From contig JAEZKJ010000177.1 in assembly GCA_023415545.1 (NCBI GenBank), forward strand, positions 43,014-107,013: 64,000 nt of DNA. The letters run 5' to 3'. A program made the position numbers and the translations under genes. Of the stretch, positions 8,324 to 17,823 are shown piece by piece. The notes beneath the pieces are model-generated. The model was given only the letters and a program-made list of their open reading frames with translations, made no database searches and was not told the origin of the DNA. Within the stretch, counting starts at the first letter, position 1. Every line of letters starts with the position of its first letter. Origin of the DNA: Bacteroidota bacterium. Lineage in GTDB: Bacteria; Bacteroidota; Bacteroidia; Bacteroidales; Bacteroidaceae.

Positions 8324-9799
8324 ATGGTCATGATTCTGAAGAAAATTTTAGCTTTGGGAATTATATTTCTCAGTGTAGGATGTCTTGCCCAAAAAAATGA
8401 AATCCTCTTTCCAAAGAGCCCATTTATCCAACAACAGGGAGACTCACTCTATATTCAAGTTACTTTTGATTTATCGAATGTCAAAGTCAAGTCATCTAAG
8501 TATATAGTAATCACTCCTTATATTGTAGGCGAATGCAAAACTCTTGAATTGCCACAATTATCAATAAATGGTAAAGAGAACTACAGAAAATATAAGCGTT
8601 ATTTAGCTCTGAATGATAAGAATATGATCTCTTCGATGGATAATGCTTATCAAATATTTAATCTTGAAGATGCCCAAACAGAGTATGTTACATACAATCA
8701 TGTTATTGCTTATGAAGATTGGTTTTCCAATGCAAAGCTGAAGATCAAGGTTGATGGTTGTGGATGTGGAAAGATAAAGGATACAGAGATAATATCCCTT
8801 GATAATAGTGATGTAAGGATGTCAAAATTACATTATAAGTTTGTTGAGCCGGAGGTTGAGTTTGTTAAAAGTAGAGTTGAAACAGAGAAGGCTCACCTAA
8901 TCTTTAATCTAAATGAATGCCGTATTATTGAATCTCTTTCCAATAACAAATCTGAGCTTGACAGAATAGGAGGAATGATTGCAAAAGTTAAGGGTACAGA
9001 GGGAGTCTCAATTAAAAAAGTATTTATAAATGGTTTCTCTTCCCCTGAGGGATTGTATGATGATAACATGAAATTATCAGTAAAACGATCCGGATCATTG
9101 AGAAATTATCTTATACAAAAATATGATATTGCCGATTCTGTTTTCACGGTCAATTATGGTGGTGAAAATTGGGAAGGACTGAGGGAAATCATTAAGAGTT
9201 CTTCACTGGATAATAAGGATAAGATTATTGACATTATAGACAACGTAGGCATTTTCAATGGCCGTGAGTTGAAACTGATGAATTTAGATAGAGGAGATTC
9301 ATACAGATATATGCTCAAAAATATATTCCCTAAGTTGAGAGAGGTTGAGATAAAAGTTGTGTACGATGTCGATAATTATGATAGTTTTCAAGCTGAAGGT
9401 TTTATTAATAGTTGCCCTAAAAATTTAAGTCTTCGAGAAATTTTTGATGTTGCAAACATGTATCCCGAAGGTAGCGATAAGTTTAATTACTGTATGCTTG
9501 TAGGAGCAAAATACTTCCCTACAAATTCCGTGGCCAACATTAATGCAGCACAGACGATGTTAATTAATGGAGATACTGATAATGCATACAATTATCTAAA
9601 TAAAATTGATAAGGTGAAATATAAAGATGATTATTTGAATATCTATGGAATGATTCTTCTTAGAAGTGGAGATTGGGACGCTGCAAAAAAGATATTTGAG
9701 GCTGGAAATAGTAAAACTTTACCGCATATAAAAGATAACCTAAATCTTTTGAACTCATTGAATACTATTGAAGAAATCAAAAAGAGCATGCACAAATAA
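8324..9799 (+). CDS. DUF3868 + OmpA-like + TPR-like protein (PgmA-like)
   Basis: Signal peptide, GDSLYI, AYEDWFSNAKL, GCGC, OmpA-like GFSSPEG..NMKLSVKR, GENWEGL, FPKLR, LSLREIF and ANINAA. Confidence 0.8.
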   Translation: MVMILKKILALGIIFLSVGCLAQKNEILFPKSPFIQQQGDSLYIQVTFDLSNVKVKSSKYIVITPYIVGECKTLELPQLSINGKENYRKYKRYLALNDKNMISSMDNAYQIFNLEDAQTEYVTYNHVIAYEDWFSNAKLKIKVDGCGCGKIKDTEIISLDNSDVRMSKLHYKFVEPEVEFVKSRVETEKAHLIFNLNECRIIESLSNNKSELDRIGGMIAKVKGTEGVSIKKVFINGFSSPEGLYDDNMKLSVKRSGSLRNYLIQKYDIADSVFTVNYGGENWEGLREIIKSSSLDNKDKIIDIIDNVGIFNGRELKLMNLDRGDSYRYMLKNIFPKLREVEIKVVYDVDNYDSFQAEGFINSCPKNLSLREIFDVANMYPEGSDKFNYCMLVGAKYFPTNSVANINAAQTMLINGDTDNAYNYLNKIDKVKYKDDYLNIYGMILLRSGDWDAAKKIFEAGNSKTLPHIKDNLNLLNSLNTIEEIKKSMHK

Positions 9800-9812
9800 T
9801 AGTGCATGCTCT
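9783..9812. terminator. Hairpin between convergent genes, overlapping the last codons of the pilus operon
   Basis: Perfect 11-bp stem: AGAGCATGCAC-aaataata-GTGCATGCTCT. Confidence 0.7.
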
Positions 9813-9819
9813 ATATATT

Positions 9820-10494
9820 TTACCGTTCAAACTCATCAATAGTAAAGTTGGTAAAATCGGCAAAAGGTTTAGCAATTTCAAATATTTTACCTATTCTATC
9901 CAATAAAGTATCTTTATCTTCTGTAAAGAAGGTGTCCGGCAAGTTGCAGCATATACTAAAATCTTTAGGTTTAATATAATCTATATATTCCCAATTCTTA
10001 TCGAATCCTTTTGGAGCTGTCACTAATCGCTCTTCACCAATAACTGGGTAATACTTTTTAAACTCAGGGTTTTCAACAATCCCTATATACTCATCAATAT
10101 TATCTACAATATCTTGTCGTAATTCTTTAAGCAATCTGCTTGGCCAACATATACTACCGGCACACAGCATACAATTTCCCGGTTCAAGATGCAGATAATA
10201 ACCACAATAATTTGATTTCTTTCCATGAGCATTTACGTAAGCTCCCATGTGAGTTTTATACGGACTTTTATCCGACGAAAATCGTACATCACGATATATT
10301 CTGTATGTACATTGCGAAGGAAGTATTCCCTTTACCTCAGGCTCAAACTTTGAAATAGTCTCTATAACACCAGATGTCAAAAGTTCGAATTGAATTTTTG
10401 CCTTTTCATAAATCTCTTTATTATCAGCAAACCACTCACGGTTATTATTCTTTTTTAGCTCCTTAAGAAACTCAATTATATAAGAAATATCCAT
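9820..10494 (-). CDS. DUF2461 (TIGR02453) family protein
   Basis: NNNREWF, RIYRDVRFSSDKSPYK and YYLHLEPG motifs. Confidence 0.9.
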   Translation of the reverse strand: MDISYIIEFLKELKKNNNREWFADNKEIYEKAKIQFELLTSGVIETISKFEPEVKGILPSQCTYRIYRDVRFSSDKSPYKTHMGAYVNAHGKKSNYCGYYLHLEPGNCMLCAGSICWPSRLLKELRQDIVDNIDEYIGIVENPEFKKYYPVIGEERLVTAPKGFDKNWEYIDYIKPKDFSICCNLPDTFFTEDKDTLLDRIGKIFEIAKPFADFTNFTIDEFER

Positions 10495-10653
10495 TTTTCT
10501 AAATTCAAATTATTATTCTTATCCTATTCATTCTTTGCGATAGGAGATATACAAAAATAAGAAAATTGAATTCACATAATAAACAAATCTAAGTATAATA
10601 CATTTTTATTTTTTAATTAATCTATATTTGCTCTGTATCGTTAATTATTTGTT

Positions 10654-11301
10654 GTGAGAGATCTTCTTATTGTCGATTTACAAGATATTACTTCTATTGG
10701 TCTGACTACTATATCAGAGCACCGTAAAATTTTCTCTTCTATTAATTATGGAAGGGACAAATTGAGTATTGTAAACTTCTTAAAAAAACATGCTAATGGG
10801 GTAGTGCTACTCGATTATACCATGGTAGATGTCTCGGAAGAGTTTTTAATAGTTATACATTCTCGTTTTCCGGAAGCAAATTTTATTCTTTTTAGTGATT
10901 CATTGGTCACAGACTTTATAAAGAGAGTGATATATAGTTCAACTAGTTTCAGTATTATTTTAAAAGATAGCTCTCGACTGGAGATAGAACAAGGGCTAAG
11001 TGAGGTAGCTGAAATGAATCAGTTTATATGTGATAAAGTTGCTAATCAGATTTCAAAAGCTGAGGCAGAGAGTGGTGAAAATATAATCTCTCCACTAACA
11101 GCAACTGAGCGAGAGATACTTAAATTGTTGGCTATGGGTAAAACGACGAAAGATATTGCTTCCATGCGATTCCTGAGTGTTAATACTGTTATGACGCATA
11201 GAAAGAATATCTTTCGCAAATTATCTGTAAATAATGTTCATGAGGCGACTCGTTATGCCATCCGGGCAGGTATTGTCGATCCTATGGAGTATTATATATA
11301 A
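10654..11301 (+). CDS. NarL/LuxR-family response regulator
   Basis: REC domain (VLLDY) and LuxR HTH LTATEREILKLLAMGKTTKDIA...TVMTHRKNIFRKL. -7 box TATATTTG at 10623-10630. Confidence 0.9.
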   Translation: MRDLLIVDLQDITSIGLTTISEHRKIFSSINYGRDKLSIVNFLKKHANGVVLLDYTMVDVSEEFLIVIHSRFPEANFILFSDSLVTDFIKRVIYSSTSFSIILKDSSRLEIEQGLSEVAEMNQFICDKVANQISKAEAESGENIISPLTATEREILKLLAMGKTTKDIASMRFLSVNTVMTHRKNIFRKLSVNNVHEATRYAIRAGIVDPMEYYI

Positions 11302-11302
11302 T

Positions 11303-12364
11303 TTATACTCTTATCTCACCACTACCCACACATATCTTTTCATCTTTGTCGTATAGTACACCAAACTGTCCTGGAGCAATACCTTGAACAGGAGTAGTGC
11401 TATGTATATGTAGATGCTCACCTTGGCGAGTCAGAATACCTTTTTTGAAGGAGTCTGTATGACGTATTTTGAAAGATATCTCCACATTGTCTTCACCTTT
11501 CCACAAGTCATCAGTTATAAAGTTGAAATCTTGAAGTAGAAAATCAGTGCCATACTGCTTTTCACAATCATAACCTCTTGAAACGTATATTATGTTTTCG
11601 TTAATATCCTTGTTAATAACAAACCATGGTCCACCACTCAATCCAAGACCTTTGCGTTGACCTATAGTGTGGAACCAATAACCTTTATGTTTGCCAATTA
11701 TCTTTCCTGTCTCCATCTCTATGATATATCCCTCTTTTTCTCCAAGGAATCGGCGAAGGAAATCATTGTAATTAATCTTTCCTAAGAAACATATTCCTTG
11801 AGAATCTTTTCTTCTTGCACTAGGAAGTTTTGCATTAAGGGCAATATCTCTTACCTCATTTTTCATCAATGAACCAAGAGGAAACATCAATTTTGAGACT
11901 TGAAGATAGTCTATCTGAGCTAAAAAGTCTGTTTGATCTTTTACAGGGTCAACAGCTGTTCCGAGCCAAATTTTATTGTCTTTCTCAATTATTGAAGCAT
12001 AATGTCCGGTAGCTGTTTTATCATAAAGATGTCCGGCTTTTTGTTCGAAACATCCAAATTTTATAAGCTTATTACACATCACATCCGGATTTGGAGTAAA
12101 GCCTCTTTTAACTTTGTCTATAGCATAAGTTACCACATTTTCCCAATACTCTTTTTGTAAATCTATAATATTGAGTTGTAGTCCATATCTTTTTGCTGTT
12201 GCTGTTGCAAGTTCAATGTCCTCTTCGGCGGTACACGATAAATCATTATCACCATCCATACCTATCTTAATGTAAAATAGGTCTGGTTTGTATCCTTGCT
12301 CGCACAGTAAGTGAGTTACAACACCACTGTCTACTCCTCCTGATATTAAAGTTGCTATATTCAT
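11303..12364 (-). CDS. mnmA: tRNA 2-thiouridine(34) synthase MnmA
   Basis: [42 protein letters not shown] and IAPGQ. Confidence 0.95.
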   Translation of the reverse strand: MNIATLISGGVDSGVVTHLLCEQGYKPDLFYIKIGMDGDNDLSCTAEEDIELATATAKRYGLQLNIIDLQKEYWENVVTYAIDKVKRGFTPNPDVMCNKLIKFGCFEQKAGHLYDKTATGHYASIIEKDNKIWLGTAVDPVKDQTDFLAQIDYLQVSKLMFPLGSLMKNEVRDIALNAKLPSARRKDSQGICFLGKINYNDFLRRFLGEKEGYIIEMETGKIIGKHKGYWFHTIGQRKGLGLSGGPWFVINKDINENIIYVSRGYDCEKQYGTDFLLQDFNFITDDLWKGEDNVEISFKIRHTDSFKKGILTRQGEHLHIHSTTPVQGIAPGQFGVLYDKDEKICVGSGEIRV

Positions 12365-12383
12365 CTGCTATAAGTAATTCTGT

Positions 12384-12438
12384 AAAAAAATGGCAATTAA
12401 TTTTATGTGTAATTATATCACAATAAAATTAATTGCCA
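12384..12438 (-). terminator. Intrinsic terminator after the serine hydrolase gene, overlapping the mnmA promoter
   Basis: Perfect 16-bp inverted repeat TGGCAATTAATTTTAT (12391-12406) / ATAAAATTAATTGCCA (12423-12438), followed by U7 on the minus strand. Confidence 0.7.
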
Positions 12439-12548
12439 AAGATAATCATATAGTCTCGTAAATAGATGCTATTTCTATAAATATTGTTATTATTTAGTAC
12501 TATAACAGCCTGAGAACTATCTTTATGTCATATTTTTAACCCATGATA

Positions 12549-13781
12549 TTACTTGGTTCTTCCTGTATAAGCATCAACGTTTGAATTATCAATTTGTTGA
12601 GCGAAGAATTTTTCAGCAGCTTTGCTTACTGCTGCATTCCAAGGTTGACCACCACCAGCATTTTGAATAACCCAAAGTTTCAACTGTTTCTTATGCCAAT
12701 TAACAGAGCAATTTGTTCCCCAAGCACCACCATGGCCGAACCATTCGTTTTCATTATCTTCAACAGGAGCAGTTAATCCAAGAGAATAGCCTGGTAGTGA
12801 AAAAGGACGGGTTGTACGAGCCAGTATACTCTTAACTGTTTCTTCTTTTAAAATGCGTACTCCATTATCACCTAAACCAAGATTCATAAGCATTTTATAG
12901 AATTTCAACTGATCGTTGGCTGTTGTCCAAAGTCCTGCTCCTGCCGATGCAAATACATGGTTATCATTATATGGACGTTGTTGCCATCCCATCTCTTCAA
13001 CCCATTTTGCTGGTGCATCTTTTTGAGTTTCGTATAACTCTATTTTGTTTTTTAGTTGCTTATCTGTAGGCCAGAACCATGTGGACTTCATGCCCAATGG
13101 GTCAAGAACAACCATCTTAAGGTAATTTTCCCATTTCATTCCGGTAATTACTTCAACGATTGCCGCACCTATATCGATACCTGTATTCGAGTATAAAACT
13201 TTAGTACCTGGTTCAAACATAATGGGAGAGGCAGCAGCAATTGAAGCTACTTGTCGTAGAGGAGCACCTCCGGTCCAACCACCACCACGTACATCGTTTC
13301 GCTTTGCACTTATTTCAAAAGGGAAACCACCGGTATGATTGAGTACCATGCGAACGGTAAGCTCATTCTTTGCTTTATGCAATGTAAGTATACCATCTTT
13401 CTCTTCACCTTTTACCCATAACTCTTTAAATTCAGGAAGATACTTTGACACAGGATCGTCGAGTGAAAGTTTACCCTCTTCTACAAGTTTTGCAATTGTA
13501 ACACCACAAAAGCCTTTTGTTTGTGAGCATTGCATAAAAAAGTTATCCATTCTAATAGGACGTTTCTCGGCTACATCGGCATAACCTATGCAACAAGTTT
13601 CCTGTAACCCATCTTTATAAAACACACTGATAGCACCTGCCAATTGACCGCTATCTACAAAAGGTTGCAAAGCCTCTTGAGCAAAATTTGTATTGGACTC
13701 TTTTGCACGAGATTGAGCCCCCATAGTTAGCACCAAACATAATGATGCAATAAGCAGAAAAGTTCTCTTTTTAATACTCAT
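12549..13781 (-). CDS. Secreted serine hydrolase of the beta-lactamase-related (class C/EstB-like) family
   Basis: Signal peptide, SxxK (SQTK), LSLDDPVSKYLPEF, VLNHTGG, FEPGTKVLYSN (YxN), PLGM and HGGAWGT. Confidence 0.85.
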   Translation of the reverse strand: MSIKKRTFLLIASLCLVLTMGAQSRAKESNTNFAQEALQPFVDSGQLAGAISVFYKDGLQETCCIGYADVAEKRPIRMDNFFMQCSQTKGFCGVTIAKLVEEGKLSLDDPVSKYLPEFKELWVKGEEKDGILTLHKAKNELTVRMVLNHTGGFPFEISAKRNDVRGGGWTGGAPLRQVASIAAASPIMFEPGTKVLYSNTGIDIGAAIVEVITGMKWENYLKMVVLDPLGMKSTWFWPTDKQLKNKIELYETQKDAPAKWVEEMGWQQRPYNDNHVFASAGAGLWTTANDQLKFYKMLMNLGLGDNGVRILKEETVKSILARTTRPFSLPGYSLGLTAPVEDNENEWFGHGGAWGTNCSVNWHKKQLKLWVIQNAGGGQPWNAAVSKAAEKFFAQQIDNSNVDAYTGRTK

Positions 13782-13956
13782 AAAATTGCTTAATTATCGT
13801 TGTTTTAATAAGTTAAAGCAAATATAAATATTAAATAGTATAAAATGATTTAAATTTATCGCAAATTCACAATTTACTACTTAAGCTTAAATGCTATCAT
13901 TGATTAAGATAGACTAATTCAATGAAACTAAAAAGGGGAAATTATTTAATCATTTC

Positions 13957-13994
13957 AAAAAATGCGAACCAGAATTTATTTACTGATTCGCATT
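13957..13994 (-). terminator. Intrinsic terminator after cysK
   Basis: AATGCGAA...TTCGCATT stem with an adjacent A-run (U-tract on the minus strand). Confidence 0.65.
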
Positions 13995-14027
13995 GATTTT
14001 ATAATTTGTTGAGGATATGTATCTTAA

Positions 14028-14975
14028 TTATAGAGGATAAGCATCGAATGCATATAGAACTGTTGAAAGGTATCTTTCACCGGTATCTGGAAGAAGAACA
14101 ACAATTTGTTTTCCTTCATTCTCTGGAAGTTTAGCCAATTCTAAAGCAGCAAAAGCAGCAGCACCGGCTGAAATACCTACTAAAAGTCCCTCTTTTTGTG
14201 ATAATTCTCTTCCTGTACGAATGGCGTCATCATCTTTCACTTGAATGATTTTATCTACTACGTCATTATTGTATGTGTTAGGAATAAATCCTGCACCGAT
14301 ACCCTGTATTTTGTGCGGTGAAGGTGAACCTCCTGATAGAACAGGTGAGCTAGCAGGCTCTACAGCTACAATTTGAATATTTGGATTGTGCTCTTTTAAC
14401 CCTTTACCAACACCACTTATTGTACCACCGGTTCCTACGCCTGCAACAAAAATATCAATATTACCATCTGTATCATTCCATATCTCTTGTGCAGTTGTTC
14501 GTACGTGAACAGCAGGGTTAGCCATATTTATAAACTGGCCAAGAATTACTCCACCCAAAGTATTATCTCTTATCTCTTCAGCTTTTGCTATAGCACCTTT
14601 CATACCTTTTGCTCCTTCTGTAAGAACAAGTTGAGCACCCAAAGCTTTTAACAAGTTTTGTCTCTCAACGCTCATTGTCTCAGGCATGGTAAGAATAGTT
14701 TTGTATCCTTTTACTGTTGCAACCCAAGCAAGACCTACTCCTGTATTACCACTAGTAGGTTCAATAATAACAGAATCTGGTTTTAAAATTCCTTTATCCT
14801 CTGCATCTTCTATCATAGCTAAAGCTACCCTATCTTTTACACTGCCACCTGGATTAAAGTATTCAAGTTTAGCTATTACATTTGCTTTTGCTCCTTTTGC
14901 TTTCGCAATTCTTGATATCTCAACAAGAGGAGTATTTCCAATTAGTTCAGTCAGTTGTTTTTTTATCTTTGCCAT
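14028..14975 (-). CDS. cysK: Cysteine synthase A
   Basis: [40 protein letters not shown] and [10 protein letters not shown]. Confidence 0.97.
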   Translation of the reverse strand: MAKIKKQLTELIGNTPLVEISRIAKAKGAKANVIAKLEYFNPGGSVKDRVALAMIEDAEDKGILKPDSVIIEPTSGNTGVGLAWVATVKGYKTILTMPETMSVERQNLLKALGAQLVLTEGAKGMKGAIAKAEEIRDNTLGGVILGQFINMANPAVHVRTTAQEIWNDTDGNIDIFVAGVGTGGTISGVGKGLKEHNPNIQIVAVEPASSPVLSGGSPSPHKIQGIGAGFIPNTYNNDVVDKIIQVKDDDAIRTGRELSQKEGLLVGISAGAAAFAALELAKLPENEGKQIVVLLPDTGERYLSTVLYAFDAYPL

Positions 14976-15074
14976 AATATTTTCTTTTTATTTATTCAGC
15001 AAAGTTATTATTTATATGAATTAAAGTAAATACCATAAATATGGTATATTAAACTCTTTTCGATAATTAATTCA

Positions 15075-15144
15075 TTTTTCGTTGCGAAACAGCTGTTTCA
15101 CAGTGTGAAACAGCCATTTTACACTGTAAAACGAAAAAGTTTCA
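15075..15144. repeat. Nested palindromic tandem repeat (about 21-nt unit, about 2.5 copies), REP-like or terminator-like
   Basis: GAAACAGCTGTTTCACAGTGT / GAAACAGCCATTTTACACTGT / AAAACGAAAAAGTTTCA, containing several overlapping inverted repeats. Confidence 0.6.
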
Positions 15145-15163
15145 AAACATTTTTTAATTGTTT

Positions 15164-17614
15164 TCACTGTTCGCTATTTCCACTCTTGACATCATCATTA
15201 TTTATACTGCGGGCAGTACGTTTTACCTGTGCCTTTAATTCACCAAAACGCCAACTGATATTCAAACTGAATGATCGTTGTTGATTTTTGCTTTCACTCC
15301 ATGAACGGAATGTATCAGCAATTGTTTCGTTTTTGAAAGTCAAGTATTTGTTGAAGAGGTTTGAAGTATTTGCTGAAATAGTCAATCGTTTTTCCTTCAA
15401 GAAAGAACGGCTCAAACCGAATCCGTAGTATGAATAGGAAGAACCTTTACCTTGCAGAGAGATATATGGAGTGCTACCACCACCATATAGGCTAAAACGT
15501 AGATCCCAAGGCAACGTTTGCTGTGCATTGAGGTAGATATTCCCATAGAAACCATTATTACTTTGTTTCAAAAAAGATTCCTCGCACTTTAGGTCTACAT
15601 AAGCTCCACTTGCATTTACCGAGATACGAGTTTTATTACCCGGATTCCAATTCATCCATAATGATAAATTGGTACGCTTTGTATGACCAATATTTCCATA
15701 AGTGCTTTCCATCACTCCATTATTGATAAATGAATATCCTTGAATACCATTGTTCACAAACGAATAACCAAAGTTGGCATTGACATTGAACTTTGCTGAG
15801 AATGAGCTGAAAGATAATCTTAACGAGTGCGACTTCTCTGTTTCCAAGTCTGGGTTACCATAGCTTATACTTGTTGGGTTGCTGGTATTTCGGAAAGGAT
15901 TAAGATACCAAATACCTGGACGACTGATTCGCATGTTATAGCTTGCTCTTAATGTTTGTGATTGCCCTAATTGATATGAAAGCATTATTGATGGCACTAT
16001 ATCATTAAAATTTGCATTAAAATTTTTATCTGATATTTTGTCATATTCAACATTCATAAAGGTATGTTCATAGCGTACACCTACTTTTCCCCCAATTTTC
16101 TTCCACTTTAATTTGTAGTCTCCATATGCAGCTAAAATGTCTTGAGTTTGCTTGAAATTATCGGTCAAATCTTCATCAACTTGATATTTATCATTATATT
16201 CCTTGAAATATTGGCTTTCGCTTTTGTTGTTTCTCAAAATGTATTTTGCTCCGAAATCAATATTATGCATCTCTGAAATGGGGTTGGTATAGTCCAGTTG
16301 CAAGGTATGTTCATCAGTACGGGCATCATTGTCATAATGTTGGTTACGAAGCTCGTATGGATAATCCATGATATCTTCATATTCGGTATATGCTTCACTA
16401 TTGTCCGGCGAACCATTATAGCGGTATGAAAAAGTTAAATATTCACCTTTCTTTTTGAAGGAGCGTTGATAGTCGAAATTGGCACCTATATTGCCCCATT
16501 GGTTATTACTACGGCTAATAGTATTATAGCTATAGGTATGTTCACCAATCGAGTTTAGCATTTGAGTTTGGCCGTTGCTTAAGCTTTTGTTGTTCCCACC
16601 ATACATCTGCATAGAGAATGTTACCAAATTCAAAGTGTCGATTTCGTAACTACCTTCTATACTTCCGAAGTTGTACTCTCCATTGCTCTTTCCCGAACTT
16701 TTTTGATATAGATATTTATTAGTTTCTGAGATAAAATCTTCACGATTGTTGAATGAATAATACTTTGGCGAGTTATTATGATTGAACGAATAGTTTCCCG
16801 TTACAGTAAACTTACCTAGTTGGACAGTACCATATGCTCCGACTCTGTAACCCTTATCGTGAATACCGGCATTTAAAGAAACAGTGTATCCCTGCATACT
16901 GCTACCTGTTATAGTTATTATATTCAAAATACCTCCTATACCTTCTGCATCGTATTTAGCTCCCGGGTCAGTTATTACTTCGATAGATTTTACAGAATTT
17001 GCCGGAAGACTTTTCAAAACTTCTTTGGGATTGTTACTCATCATGGTGTTTGGCTTACCATTAACATGAACCTTAAAATTTGAGCTACCATTAACTTGAA
17101 TCTTATCCTCTCCGTCCACAGTCACTAAAGGAACTTTTCGAAGCATCTCCAATGTTGAATTTGTTTTTGAATCCGGATCGTCTTCTATACTATAGGTCAC
17201 TTTATCTATTTCAGCCTTTACCAATGGCTTTTGTGCCACTACTTCTACTCCTTTTAGTATTTCAGTAGCTTCGGATATAAGTATAGTTCCTAAATCTACA
17301 TTTGGAGAATTTTTGCTAAGAGTAAAATTTCTTTGTACATTGTTTTTACCAACAGAGGAGAAGGAGATGATATAGTTGCCTGGTTCTTTGAGTTTCTCAT
17401 TAAACTTACCATTATCCGATGTGATGGCTAATAGTACAGGTTTATCAATATTGTTTGCTAATGAAATTCGTATTGTAGCATAAGGCTCACTCTCATGCGA
17501 TATGGAGTCTACTAATGTACCTTTTACTGAATAAGTAGTTTGTGAATTTTGAGCATTTGCGATGTGATTAATACAAGTTGTAAATAGAAGCAAGAAGAAT
17601 AAATAGTTTTTCAT
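15164..17614 (-). CDS. TonB-dependent-receptor-like outer-membrane beta-barrel protein
   Basis: Signal peptide, carboxypeptidase-regulatory-like N domain (VKGTLVDS..PYATI), plug (LRKVPLVTVD, SIEVITDPGAKYDAEGIGGILNI) and RISRP..LNPF..GNPDL barrel motifs. Confidence 0.85.
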   Translation of the reverse strand: MKNYLFFLLLFTTCINHIANAQNSQTTYSVKGTLVDSISHESEPYATIRISLANNIDKPVLLAITSDNGKFNEKLKEPGNYIISFSSVGKNNVQRNFTLSKNSPNVDLGTILISEATEILKGVEVVAQKPLVKAEIDKVTYSIEDDPDSKTNSTLEMLRKVPLVTVDGEDKIQVNGSSNFKVHVNGKPNTMMSNNPKEVLKSLPANSVKSIEVITDPGAKYDAEGIGGILNIITITGSSMQGYTVSLNAGIHDKGYRVGAYGTVQLGKFTVTGNYSFNHNNSPKYYSFNNREDFISETNKYLYQKSSGKSNGEYNFGSIEGSYEIDTLNLVTFSMQMYGGNNKSLSNGQTQMLNSIGEHTYSYNTISRSNNQWGNIGANFDYQRSFKKKGEYLTFSYRYNGSPDNSEAYTEYEDIMDYPYELRNQHYDNDARTDEHTLQLDYTNPISEMHNIDFGAKYILRNNKSESQYFKEYNDKYQVDEDLTDNFKQTQDILAAYGDYKLKWKKIGGKVGVRYEHTFMNVEYDKISDKNFNANFNDIVPSIMLSYQLGQSQTLRASYNMRISRPGIWYLNPFRNTSNPTSISYGNPDLETEKSHSLRLSFSSFSAKFNVNANFGYSFVNNGIQGYSFINNGVMESTYGNIGHTKRTNLSLWMNWNPGNKTRISVNASGAYVDLKCEESFLKQSNNGFYGNIYLNAQQTLPWDLRFSLYGGGSTPYISLQGKGSSYSYYGFGLSRSFLKEKRLTISANTSNLFNKYLTFKNETIADTFRSWSESKNQQRSFSLNISWRFGELKAQVKRTARSINNDDVKSGNSEQ

Positions 17615-17761
17615 GTTTTATTCTATTTTAAATTAAGGTAATGTTTATTTAATCCAAATGTATAGAATATTAACCATTATTCCACGTTTACAACTTTTTA
17701 CAATAACACTATTTAGTAAAATATAATTATATTTTATTCTCTTTGTTGTCTGTTCATAGTC

Positions 17762-17798
17762 AAAAAATAAGAGGATAACCCATTGGGTTATCCTCTTA
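17762..17798 (-). terminator. Intrinsic terminator after methylmalonyl-CoA mutase
   Basis: Perfect 15-bp inverted repeat TAAGAGGATAACCCA-t-TGGGTTATCCTCTTA next to an A6 run. Confidence 0.85.
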
Positions 17799-17823
17799 AC
17801 TAAAATATTATTTTAGAGAAATA

